This document shows positions 32,955 through 44,334 of a stretch of DNA of 64,000 bases, piece after piece. The stretch lies in the NCBI GenBank assembly GCA_054600435.1, contig BAAIJX010000033.1:124001-188000 (forward strand). The letters are read 5' to 3'. Within the stretch, counting starts at the first letter, position 1. Each line of letters begins with the position of its first letter. The notes under the pieces were generated by a model. The model was not told where the DNA came from and did no database searches. It saw nothing but the letters and a program-made list of their open reading frames with translations. This DNA is from Neophaeotheca triangularis. Taxonomy: Eukaryota. Position numbers and translations under genes: made by a program.

Positions 32955-34883
32955 AAGTTTGCTACCACACTTCACCTCACTTCACTTCCTCTCTAACTTC
33001 CGGCGCTCATAATTATAGACTCCCGCCTCCCACCTACCTCTTGATGGAATGGCATGAGGGATTCCACTGGGGACGTCAATTCCGCCAATTGCTTCAAAGT
33101 GCCCAGTGGCGTGAGATGCGCATCGTGCGTCCTCTGGGGACGACCTTGCTCTTGGACCGGGATTCACAAGCTCAGGGACTCCGAGTAGCGCGATTATACT
33201 AAAGCCGCGGCAGCAGACGCAAGCGGTGCCAACGACAGCGACAAAATGTTCGAGACAGGTGCCAGAGCCATGAACCAACGACTGGTGAGGGCTTTTTTCC
33301 GGCCCACTGCAGGTCAAAGAAGCACAGAAAGCCCATGTCATCGACACGCCCATTTCCTGACCGTCGACAACAGATAGCTTGCCAAACTTATATAGCTATA
33401 TCGCTCTCCTTGCACATATTCCAATGTAGCTCAATCAAGCAAGCTTTAATTTAGAAATACTATGTTAAGTTTCAATGCTTCGATCCTTGGCCCATGTGCT
33501 CTCCTTCTTCTTTCCGACTCTCAACAACTTGGCTTCTCAGACCGGCTGCCCAGTGCCATTCTCCATACCGGATGAGAAAGCTGAACGGCCGAGACGTTGT
33601 CGACTATCCACGAATTCACCTGGACAGGATAGCGTGCTAACTCTTGTTGAACAGATTAGATATTTCTCCACGGCGCCGCGCTGGATATCTTAGTCTGTAC
33701 CAGGCCACAGACATGCTTCTGCATCCCGACAACGCCCTAGAAGCACTCGCCCGTAGTAACACAAGTCTGTCACGTGAGGTCGGCTTGGCAGATTTTGCCC
33801 CCTCCTCTACCCTTTTGGCAGGACTCATATAAACACAACCCCAACTACAACCACAGCATCACCTGCACTGTTGTCTTGGCATCCCTCGGGGAACAGCCAC
33901 CATCACCACCACCAATAATATTCCCGCAGAGAGCGCCGTGGCCATCGCCCTCTTACGACCGGTCTCCAAGTTAACCAAGGGCCGAGGGGATAGCAGCCTC
34001 TGATCTCCCCACAAGCGCGTTTTGCGCTGGATCTATGTTTCGCTGAGTTGCCACCGCCGAGGACACGAACGATGACGACAGCGGCAGTAGCAGCAGCAGC
34101 AGTAGCATGCTGTCTGACTGACTGACTGACCCAGCGCTTTCCTCGCCGTTTCCTCCGGGAACACCCTTGGCTGTCCCCTCGTCCCACTACTCCCCAACTA
34201 CGCGCATTGTTTTCATCATCCACAGGAGGACACCGCGCAGATACGGCCAGGTGATGATGGTTGGCGAGGGCTATTTGCCCGGGACGATAGTGAAACCGTG
34301 GCTTTCTCCTCGGGGCTGCTGGGTCCTCTGTCAGTTATTTGTTGATTCGGAAGAACGATATATGGTAGCCTGGATTTTCATGGCCTCACAACCTGGCAAC
34401 GACTTGAAGAGACAGGCTTAGGTACTTGCTTGCCATCTACTTGAGATACGACGAGCAATACGTACGGTCAGTGTCCACGGCCTCGATGTAATTCCGTCCT
34501 AGGTGCTCTCGTAAGAACGTCTTGGTGCTGACAGGAGCGCATGGGTTTAGTAATGGAACTAAATATGCCAGCGACGGCTTAAGCTCATGGAATGAATGCC
34601 GCAGACGGGCGTGAGATCAGCAATCTCATCTTCAGATTGATTCTTTCGGCTGTTCATTCGAAGCCGGGCTCAGCGTGCCACTGGCCAGCTTCAGGGGTCG
34701 AGACCGGTATCTTCGCTTCATTCTGAACTTCACGAAAAGTTCAACCGGGAGGCCTTCACAGCTGAAAGTTTCGAGTGACGGAGAAGCGGCGTTGTCGTTG
34801 CATCGTGCCCTGTACTAGGGTTTCCATCGTGTACTCTTTCTATTGAAATTGTCTACGAGCACCTCTTGCGGCGTCCCTTCATC

Positions 34884-36921
34884 TTAAGCCTTCGTCTGCT
34901 GAGTCTTCTCCTCGGTATCTTCGTTACGCTCGATCTGTAGTTCCTTCTTCTCGGCCGCCGCGGCCGCTTCAACGTCACGTGCCCGAGTCTCCTCATCCAC
35001 TGCGCCGAAGAGGACTTCCATGTCTTCGAGAGTCTAGAAACAAGGTTAGTCTGTCTGGCCTTTCGAACAATGCGAAGGGCAATACTAACCAATTGTTTAG
35101 TCTCTGGGACGAAGAAGAGTACAAAGCATGCGTTTGCTATGCAAAACACGCCGAACATCAAAAACGTCCTCCAACCGATGCCATTGATGGCCAGAGGGGT
35201 AATTTTGGTGACCGCTGTCAATCTGTTAGCATAGATCATCTTTTGATTGAAAGCGAAAGAAAACTTACCAAAATTCCAGATCCATTGAGTAGCAGCTTTT
35301 TCAATTCGTTAGCATTGGGATGTATGAGTGATGTGATGAAGAAAACCAACCGGCAAGGCCAACACCGTAAGCGCGGAGACGTGTCGGGAAGATTTCGGAA
35401 ACGAAGACCCATGGAACAGGTCCCCAGGAGGCTGAGTAGCCTATTACGTAGAGGTAGATCATGGCAACCATGGCAATAGACGCGGAGCTGACTCCCGAAG
35501 CGTCAGGGTCGGGTGGGTTCGTCACGAGTACTGCACCGATGATGAACATGCATGCGGCCATCCAAAAGCCTCCGAGGACTAAGGACCATTTTCGGCCGAA
35601 GCGGTCGATGCCGATGAGCAGGAAGAGTCCAGTAGCGACGACTTTCACGGTTCCTTTCTCCTTGTCAATTCGCAACTCGAGGTTTCAGTCTTGGAACAGA
35701 ACTTACCGTAAATACCGGTTGCAAACATCGATGAATCGGCTGCTGACAGGCCGACAGTCTGCATGATTTGAGGAGCGTAGTACCCGATACTGTTGGTACC
35801 AGACCATTGTTGTGCCGTCTACATAGGACGAATCGGATCAGCAAATGCTTGAACAAGAATTCAGGGGGTGGGAGTAATAGGTCATGAGAGTAGAGTGGAA
35901 GCATACCATCATCACGAATGCAAGGATGAAGCGCTTGCGAGTACCCTTCTTGAAGATGATTCTCCAGCTGGTACCAGCTGTAGCACGCTTCTCTTCCTCG
36001 ATACTGGCACGGATTTCGGCGATTTCTTCGACGGTCTCCGGGCTGTCGATTGCTTGAGAACGGACGTGTGCCAGACTCTGTACGGCCTTATCATGGCGCT
36101 CCTTCTTCGTGAGCCATCGGGGGCTCTCTTTGAGAAAGAACAAGCCGACAAACATGAGTCCGCCCGGGATGATCTGGACAGCGACGGGAGTGCGCCATTG
36201 CTTGGTCGACGACGGCATTTGGATTTCGACTCCGTAGTCTAAAAGTTCGTTAGTGGTGTGGGATACGAAGTGTTGCAACGAACAACTTACTGAGCCAGTA
36301 CGCGAAAGTGCTGCCTAATACGAGAAATTCTTGGAAAGCTATCATCGACCAAAATTAGTATGCCGTGCATCTGAAGACCCCTAACTCTTGCTCCGTTGAT
36401 ACTCACCGCCTGAGATCCTGCCTCGAATTCTTGGTGGCGAGTTTTCGGCGACGTAGACAGACATGACCGAAGACATGCCGCCAATGCCCAAACCAGCAAT
36501 GACTCTGCCAGCGTAGATGAGACCAATCTCGCTGGAAGTGCCAGTTTGCATGGCGGCACCAACCATGAAGACAAGATCGAAGGCGAAGAGGGTGTACTTT
36601 CGTCCAAATTGCTCGTTGCACCAGGCAGAGGCAATGGCACCAACTGTTCCTCGATTAGCCGTGTTTCAATGAGCTGACAAGCAGGATTGTTGAGTCCTTA
36701 CAGAAGCAGCCTGCAGTCAGCAGGGCCACGACGTTGCTCGAAACCGAGGCGTTCTTCTCATCCTCAAAACCACCGGTACCCAGAGGAAGGCCAAAGTCAT
36801 TCTTGAACGAGTCCATGGCCAATACACCGCTCATGACACCGGTATCGTAGCCAAACAGCAGGGCACCCATGTAGGCGACCAGCGTCAGCAAGTAAACGCG
36901 CCTGTCTTGCCAGAATCCCAT
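34884..36921 (-). CDS. MFS sugar-porter family transporter (quinate permease-like); 9 exons
   Basis: LFGYDTGV, FGRK, AENSPPRIRG, KESPRWL, QQWSGTNSIGYY, IDRFGRK, SWGPVPWVFVSEIFP, VPETK motifs; eight GT-AG introns join the fragments in frame; TAA at 34884-34886. Confidence 0.92.
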
Positions 36922-38053
36922 CTTGAAGGTTGTGGGAAGAGGTGTAGGGCAAGAAGAGAGACTATGCAGATGGATAGTAGTAGTAGTAGTAGTGAAGAGA
37001 GACGACGACTAGGAAGCGGGCGGGCCAGAGTGGGTATAAAAACGAAGGGCAAGGAGGTAGGAGGTAGGAGGTACATGTTCGGCAAGGCTGCTGTCCTAAC
37101 GTGGACAGATTTCTCCGCCTCCATTCCGATTCCTCCACCAGACTGGCAAGAGGTGGAAGAGACGAGGGTTCAGCACTGGCACCCGTTGGGTCGTGCGAGC
37201 TCCTCCTCCGCGAACAGAGACGTGGTCCCGTGGAGGGTTGAGATGTGGAGTCGGAGAAAGGATGGATAGTTTTTCCCCCAAACAAAATGGAGGGAGAGGT
37301 CGGTGGGAGGTCCACATTTTGGGTGGGTACTGGAGAAATGATAATAATAATGGGGCATGGGCTGGCTATCTCGGGATGTTTAGCGTTGGCATAGGACAAG
37401 TCGTGCTTCAGACGCTGCCGATTGCAAAACTTGCGGGCAGTTGACGTCAAGCATAAAAGGCTGTACAGTACCTTTACCTTTCCTTGGCCAAGGAATATCA
37501 TGTCATATGCACATGAGCGGAAGCTTTCCAAGATTAAGGTAGTCAAGCCTTGTACGGCAGTTAATAAATTATCATAGGATGGTACTTTGGTACTAGGTAC
37601 TAGGTACTACCTCGAGACTACCTCCTACTAGAGGTAATCTATAGTAGAGTCAAGTTAGTGAAAGAGCCGCGGGAGCGTACTAGTATCTCTCTCAGTAAGT
37701 AAGTACCACCATCATCTTCATCTTCATCATCACCCTCCTCCTCCTACTGCTTGCCCAGCAGGATATACTCATCAAGTAGACGATTAACTAGCCATCAGCG
37801 TCTTGTACATTACAGGAGAACCATCCCGAGGATCAAAATGCTTGATCGGCTCTCGGTAGGCGCTTGTTCCGACGACAATCCTTGGGAGGGGTCGAACACT
37901 CATATTCCATGTCTATGTCCTATGTTTCAGCAAACACAACATCAAAGATACACAAGTCCTTATCATTATACATCAACTCGCGCAGCGTCATAGTCATCAT
38001 TCCGAGCAAGAACTGTGACCGCCTACCATTGATGAACCACCACCACCACCACC

Positions 38054-38596
38054 ATGTCCTACCCAACCCACGCCGAACTTCTAGAGCGCTGCTCGCACCT
38101 TGCGAGCTCGAACCAGAAACCCTTCTTCGAACAAGTCGCCGCAGATGTCGACTGGGAGGTCATGGGTACTCACCCGGCCGCCGGGCATTTCCACGATCTC
38201 GGTAGGATACATTGTTTTCGTCTCTCGCGTCACAGAAATCTCATTCGTTGCCACCTTAGAAACGTGGAAAGTCAAGGCGTTGGGCACCATCAACAAGGTC
38301 CTGCAATCACCTTTGCAGCTCAAGGTGCGCAATATTATAGCCGGTGGAGAATGGGCGACGGTTGAACTAGAGGCGTTTGGGACCTGTAAGAATGGTGGGT
38401 GCAAACTCCTCAGTGCCGCTTGGGGATTTGTGGCGGAAAATAAATGGTGACGAATCTACGCTAAAGATGAGCAGGCATGCCATACAATCAAACATACGCC
38501 TGGGTTATGCGCTTCGACGAACAAGGGACGATTGTCCAGGTGCGAGCCTATCTCGATTCTGCGTTGGTGCAGCAAGCAGTGCACGCCAACTCCTAG
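38054..38596 (+). CDS. SnoaL/NTF2-like small protein; exons 38054-38201, 38260-38394, 38475-38596
   Basis: Spliced product ...VAADVDWEVMGTHPAAGHF...GGEWATVEL...GMPYNQTYAWVMRFDEQGTIVQVRAYLDS; all junctions in frame. Confidence 0.88.
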
Positions 38597-38660
38597 TCAT
38601 GATTGGGGATGAGTTGTGCATCACAGCCACTACCGACCATTACACTCTTACATGCCATGT

Positions 38661-41600
38661 TCACTCTCCCGGCGTTCCAAACTGCTCATCCAGGTTATCC
38701 TCCTGATTCGCACCGTTGGCCAAGCTTCCAAACGAAAAGTAGTCGCGTCCGTTCCCGTTTGTGGCGCCGATCCATCGACGAGAGTAAGAGCGTCCACTTG
38801 TCGTGACCGGCGACACGTTCGACTGCTCTCGCATGGCTCCGCCCCCGAGATTGGCTTCTTCCTTGACCGCCCTCAGGGTATCGCCGCTCCCGTCAATTCC
38901 CATCAAAAACCTTGCCAGCTCTCTGCAGAGTTCCCAGTCCTCTTCGTTCGCCGCCTGCCTCAATAATCTCGCGAATTCCCTAGTTTGTAACCCGCCCTCC
39001 CCCTCAGATTCAAGGGCGTGTAGTACCAAGAGGTATCCTGCCGCAGTCTTCGACTTTCCCTTCGCCAACGCCTCCTCGAAAAGGCTCAGTACAGGGGGCA
39101 ATGACTCGAAAAGCGTGCGCCAACTGCGAAGCTCCGTCTTCCGAGTGCAATTGACGATAACGTCGAGATAGCTGGGAAACGAAGACAGGAACACAAGAAC
39201 GGTAGGCAGCAATGCTGTTTCTGGCGGATCGGGAGGATGGTCGACCTCAGCGTCGAGGACATCATGAAGTAGGATTTCCAAAGCATGTGCAAAATACGAC
39301 AAATGCTGATAAGCACTAGCCAAGTGCAGGGCGGCAGGCGAATTGTATTCGGCGAGATGAGAGCGCAGCGCGTGAGGTAGAAAAAGCTGTGTCCGTGCCG
39401 AGATCCGGTACATTGAGAAGTTGATGTCACGGCGTTGGACAAGCTCGCTGTCGAGTCCGTGTATAACACCTTGAGGCACGAGTGGGGAGAGTGGGTAAAA
39501 ATCGAGAGGCACTTGTACGGTGCTGGGAAGATCACGACCGAGCTCAGAAGGCGCACAAGCAAGGACATCATGTACGTCCGGCCAGAGATGTGAATTGATT
39601 CCGTCGAAAAACCAGAGAGAATCTCGGAGGCCGTGTCCAAGGTGGTTGTCAGATTTCACAGACATGTCCTGTGAAACAGACATGTCCCCCGGTGACGGGC
39701 TCATCGCTAGTGTACCAGGGTGGTCTCGCAAGAGCATGTACGTTTCGACATTTTGTGCAATCACGCGCATGTCGTACTTCAGCTCGCCAGCATCGTTTGT
39801 GCTAGGCTGAAGGAGTACCATCTTGCCGTCGACCAAGAAGAGCACGCTCGCCGTGGCCACATCTTGGCTAGGGTCGCCATACTCAAGCTGCTCCTCAGGC
39901 AATATCCAACTGATTGAACGTACGCGAGGCGGAGCACGTATGATGCCATGAAATCCGATCTGTCCCACCCGCACAAGTTTCGGTACCGTTCCAGCACTAT
40001 CAAAAGTCACAATGTAATGCAAGAGGGTATTCTCGTACGTGTAGACGAGTACCGAGTCTTCGCCGCTCGTGCCTATGTGTACTGCGGGGGCTACCAGCTC
40101 CTCGGTATGCTGTATGTGCGAGTAACTCAGGGTTTTGTCTCGCAAGTACAGCCGGATCTGGTACTTGTTGTCCGCCTCAATGGCAGCAATGAGCACGTGG
40201 CGGAACCAGCACATGCCGCCCCGTACAGCAAATTCGTCCTCGGCGGCTGGGTCGTCGAACGTTTTCCAGCGACCACTAGTACAGCTATAGTGTGCCAGCC
40301 CTCTACGTCCGGCGATGGCAACGTACTTGCCGTCTGGTGAACTGACTGTAGCTTTTATAGGCCACTGGGCGGCAAGGTAAGCTGAGGGTATCTGTACGGT
40401 CTGCCAAAGCGATACATCTGCTGAGAGTGCTGTCAAATCGAGAACCTCATGACCCTTGTACAGCATTAGGCTTCCGCTCCCCTGGAGAAGGCCACGTGCA
40501 GTGTTGGACGGCGAAAGACAGCTTGTCGCTGCACTGCGGAACATGTCCAGTACAAAGAAGCGACTGTCCCGTTGAGCAACAAGCAGAAGTTCACAGCCCC
40601 CTCCTAACCAAGAACCATCCTTCACACCTTGGAGATAGAGCTCGTTGTTCCTTTCAGACAACACATGGTCATGGCCGAATGAGCTGGCGCCAGCCTTGCC
40701 ATAAACACTCCAAAGCGCCCAGCCTTTCTCATAACCAACCAAGAGACAGTAGCCATCCGGGGAGTAAGAGATGAACGTTACTTGTCCAGACGTCTTCTGA
40801 GAAACGGGCGAGCTGACGCGGTGGGAAAGAGGAATGTTGCCGAGGTAGTCTTTCACGCCGTAGATATCAATTGTTCCGTCAGCGCAAGCTACAGCAATTA
40901 GTGAAAAGCGAGCGTTTATCGCCGTCTTCACTGCCACTCCATCGTCTGTCTCCGGCTCTCGAAAGCAGTACCCTCGAAAAAGCGACGGGCTGTCCACGGC
41001 ATCCGATGCGCCGACTGACCGTCTCTGTACGGCGTAAGCGCAACCGTCTGCGGTGATCCAAGTTGAAAGGTTCATTGGACGATCGTGAACCATTTCCACC
41101 ACTGCACTTTTCTTGCCGTTCATCCAAGACATGCGGCTCAGCAGCTCAGTACTAGTCTGCTGCACTCCAGTCTCAGTTGCCCATCTCACACACTGTATGG
41201 CAGCCGGCCGCTGTGTCGCGACCACCAGCTCGTCGTCCAATGCCAATGCGTAACTAATACCAGCATCGATCCGGACCACCATTCGAAAGCTAATGCTGAC
41301 TTCTCGTATACCATCTCTTTCCCCTGCTGCCGCATCTATATTAACGGCGCTCGGTCGTCGATAGGTTGTCGGACCGTCTCCACTGGCATGGCGCTTGTGC
41401 CCATGGGCTGACGAGTTGGGGAGCAGGGTACGGTAGACCAGGGCATTGGGTTCGACGGAGATCGCGTAGTTGATGAGGTACCCTTGTGAGGTCTGTATCA
41501 CGACCGTGACCCCATCCGGCCGTAGCAACAGCGCTCTGTTGGGTCCATAAGCTTCGAGCGACTGCTGAGAACGAACCACGCTGGCAAGTGCAACGACCGG

Positions 41601-41876
41601 TTTGGTCTGCCAGACCGTTAAGCTGTTGGATGTAATGCTTGCGAAAATGCCACCTCCACGAGAGACTTTGCTCGCAACTATCGCATCGTCGGCTGGCGCT
41701 TCTGGGTCCTCTCGCTGGGCCGGTTGCTGGGGGGTTTCGAGCGCATCCCTCGCATCATCATCTGTCGGTTCGTCTGAAGGGCTGTGGTCCGATGCCCTCA
41801 CTGTGCCATTGTTCTCGCTGAGCGCCTCCTGGTTCGACAGAGCGTAGACCCTTGGCGCCCCAATGGGCCAGTACAT
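38661..41876 (-). CDS. RIC1: Ric1, subunit of the Ric1-Rgp1 GEF for Ypt6/Rab6
   Basis: MYWPIGAP N-terminus, WD-like region, VAIAGRRGLAHYS, FAHALEILLH, CTRKTE, WELCRELARFL. Confidence 0.93.
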   Translation of the reverse strand: MYWPIGAPRVYALSNQEALSENNGTVRASDHSPSDEPTDDDARDALETPQQPAQREDPEAPADDAIVASKVSRGGGIFASITSNSLTVWQTKPVVALASVVRSQQSLEAYGPNRALLLRPDGVTVVIQTSQGYLINYAISVEPNALVYRTLLPNSSAHGHKRHASGDGPTTYRRPSAVNIDAAAGERDGIREVSISFRMVVRIDAGISYALALDDELVVATQRPAAIQCVRWATETGVQQTSTELLSRMSWMNGKKSAVVEMVHDRPMNLSTWITADGCAYAVQRRSVGASDAVDSPSLFRGYCFREPETDDGVAVKTAINARFSLIAVACADGTIDIYGVKDYLGNIPLSHRVSSPVSQKTSGQVTFISYSPDGYCLLVGYEKGWALWSVYGKAGASSFGHDHVLSERNNELYLQGVKDGSWLGGGCELLLVAQRDSRFFVLDMFRSAATSCLSPSNTARGLLQGSGSLMLYKGHEVLDLTALSADVSLWQTVQIPSAYLAAQWPIKATVSSPDGKYVAIAGRRGLAHYSCTSGRWKTFDDPAAEDEFAVRGGMCWFRHVLIAAIEADNKYQIRLYLRDKTLSYSHIQHTEELVAPAVHIGTSGEDSVLVYTYENTLLHYIVTFDSAGTVPKLVRVGQIGFHGIIRAPPRVRSISWILPEEQLEYGDPSQDVATASVLFLVDGKMVLLQPSTNDAGELKYDMRVIAQNVETYMLLRDHPGTLAMSPSPGDMSVSQDMSVKSDNHLGHGLRDSLWFFDGINSHLWPDVHDVLACAPSELGRDLPSTVQVPLDFYPLSPLVPQGVIHGLDSELVQRRDINFSMYRISARTQLFLPHALRSHLAEYNSPAALHLASAYQHLSYFAHALEILLHDVLDAEVDHPPDPPETALLPTVLVFLSSFPSYLDVIVNCTRKTELRSWRTLFESLPPVLSLFEEALAKGKSKTAAGYLLVLHALESEGEGGLQTREFARLLRQAANEEDWELCRELARFLMGIDGSGDTLRAVKEEANLGGGAMREQSNVSPVTTSGRSYSRRWIGATNGNGRDYFSFGSLANGANQEDNLDEQFGTPGE

Positions 41877-42445
41877 ATCAACTTCCGGGGCTCCTCGTGC
41901 GGCATTGCCGCCTCTTCATGCCCTGCAATTTGCGCTTCACCTGATATCGCCGCGCGTGTTTCCCTATCCTTTGTAGATTTGAGCAAGTTGGCCCGAGGCA
42001 ATTACGTGGTTAAGAGACGTGATTCAGCGTGCATGTTACAAGCCTACAGTGGCCGATTGCCGAGCGCTGTTGTTGGTGGATAGAGCTTCAGGGATAAGTG
42101 CACTGCTCGAGTCCAGGGTCAGAGTTGGAGAAGCGGTATCTTTCTCCCACCCGAAGGCAGTGAATGTCGTAGGGTCCGATGGAAGCATGATACGTTTTGG
42201 AGACAGTGACAGTCGGCTAGAGGCATAAGCGGTGCGTTGTAAGATTTTGTCGCTGTTGATAGTGTTCACGTCGCCGACCACAGAAGTATTGTGTGACATG
42301 ACAAAAGCCTTGCATAGTAAGGGGGAGCCCAACGACGGAAAGCGAGGCCTTACTGCTCCATCGTCGTGCGAACAGATATCGATTGATCAATTGAGGCTAC
42401 CGGGTGCTACAACCGCAACCATGGCATCGCGAGTGCCACACTGTA

Positions 42446-43675
42446 TTACGCTCCACCGCCACCAGCGCCGCGCCCTGCACCACCACCGCCACCACCCATT
42501 CCTCCCATAAAGTTCCGCGCCATCTCGGCGATAGCAGGGTCATTCATCATAGCGCTCAAATCGGGCATACCGCCACCTCCGCCGCCACCACCTCTGCCAG
42601 CGCCGCCTTCCTGTCCAGCATCAGCACCAGCACCAGCGCCAGCGCCCGCTCCACCCCCTCCGCCGCCACCAAATTGCCCAGCCATCTCTCGAAGACGCGG
42701 GTTGTTCATGAGGTTGTTCATCATGTCAGGGTTGCTCATCAGGTTTTGCGCCATCTGCCTCATCATTGGGTTCTGCATGATAGAGCTCAAATCTGGCATG
42801 CCACCGCCGCCACCACCACCTCCTCCGAGCATGCCAGCAAGAGCGCCCAGGTCGGGCATTCCGCCACCTCCTCCGCCCGGGGCCGATGGCGATGTCGAGC
42901 GATCTCCCTCTTCGGCCTCGGTTGACAACCCTTCCTCCTCCACCCTCTGCTTGGCTGTTTGGTAGCCCTTCTTCATGGCATCACTTCCACCGTTGCCCTC
43001 ATGCTCAATACCCTTGCCGTAAGCCTCCATGCTGCCCTTCGCATCGCCCATGGCAAATAGAGCGAGACCGAGTCGAGACCAAGCCTTGGTGTATTTGGGA
43101 TCAGTCGCCACCGCCAACTCAGCGTCATTCTTCGCAAGCTCGTGCTGCTGCGAGCCAGAATAAGCGGCAGCGCGGTTGGACAAGTAAATGGGGTTGAGAG
43201 GAGAAATCTCGAGGGCTTGGGTGTAGTAATCGACAGCCGACTTGTAATCCTTCTTTTGCATCGCAGAGTTGCCCTGGCCCTTGAGCTTCTCGCTCTCAGA
43301 CGTGGGGCCTCCCTTCTCGCCCTCTTTCGGCAAGCTAGGAGTGCTGGGCCTGCCTTCAGCGGCGGAACTCACACCCTCGGTGCTGGCGGTACTCTTGCCC
43401 TTCAACTTCTCGTAGACACTGTACACCTGCAACAGCGATTGGCCGCCGACCGCGTCCTTCATTGCAGCCTCATCCGATGGGTCGACGTGGAAGCACTCTG
43501 ATATGCAGTTGGTTGCGATTTCGATGCTGTCGCTGTCTTCGGGTTGGAGCGTGCCATCCTTGAGGGAGGTCTGCAGGAAGTCGACGATAGAAAGCGCTAG
43601 GCGCTTGCGCGAGTTGTCGGCCTGGTGGTAAATAATTAGCACTGTACACAGCGTCCGAACTGGTGCACTTACCAT
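42446..43675 (-). CDS. SGT2: Small glutamine-rich TPR co-chaperone (GET pathway); exon 1 contributes only the ATG (43675-43673), intron 43672-43622
   Basis: Dimerisation domain (KRLALSIVDFL...DSIEIATNCI), TPRs (LKGQGN...IYLSNRAAAYS...KAWSRLG), Gly/Met-rich STI1-like C-terminus. Confidence 0.93.
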   Translation of the reverse strand: MVSAPVRTLCTVLIIYHQADNSRKRLALSIVDFLQTSLKDGTLQPEDSDSIEIATNCISECFHVDPSDEAAMKDAVGGQSLLQVYSVYEKLKGKSTASTEGVSSAAEGRPSTPSLPKEGEKGGPTSESEKLKGQGNSAMQKKDYKSAVDYYTQALEISPLNPIYLSNRAAAYSGSQQHELAKNDAELAVATDPKYTKAWSRLGLALFAMGDAKGSMEAYGKGIEHEGNGGSDAMKKGYQTAKQRVEEEGLSTEAEEGDRSTSPSAPGGGGGGMPDLGALAGMLGGGGGGGGGMPDLSSIMQNPMMRQMAQNLMSNPDMMNNLMNNPRLREMAGQFGGGGGGGAGAGAGAGADAGQEGGAGRGGGGGGGGMPDLSAMMNDPAIAEMARNFMGGMGGGGGGAGRGAGGGGA

Positions 43676-44334
43676 TGCGCAGGGCCTTGTTTCTCAACAG
43701 GTAGATAGCAGCAGGTCCGAGGTTCAGGCTGTTAGATGTGAGAGACGGTGCAACTGTGCCTGGATCTAACAACAGCGGTTGTGTGTTTTGTTAGATTGAG
43801 GTTTGGGAATAGAGGTCAGGTAGGGTGATGGAAACTTCTGGCCGGAGCAGCAGCTGGCACGTGGCAGACAACTGCTCTCGGCTGTCGTCAGGCACGGTTT
43901 GGGTGTGAATTTTTGTGGGGCGGACAATTGAGCGTGGGGGACAAGATGGAGACTCACTTACGAACGTCCTAGCAAGGGGTGGATGATTGCACGTATTGAA
44001 CGAAAAACATGCGTCCACTGGATAGAAATTTCCCAAGATCTGACAATTGATTCGGCTTCCATGAGAAAGCGGAGGTATTGAGGGTGTACTATGCTACTGG
44101 CGTATCCAAGCAGCTGCACCAGACCTTATATATCGCTTATCGATAGGTCTGCGAGATCTCTGTTCCTACTGCCATATGCCTAGCCAAAGACCTAGCATTA
44201 ACAGAAGACTATGTCGCAGCTCCGCACCGTATTGCTCTCACCACCTGTGCACTCGCCACTTGCTGGCTGCAACGAGAGTCACAAAGATGGTGCCACCGTG
44301 CCCCCGCTACAAACGTGCACCCCACCCTAGTTGC

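Noticed and set aside
31455..34883. Telomerase RNA, RNase MRP RNA (GAAAGTCTCC at ~32186) or SRP RNA (GGCTGTAAT at ~32428) in the large gap
   Set aside because: No TAACCCTAA-type template, no matching CR-V/P4 partner at a plausible distance, and no SRP helix-8 motif found.
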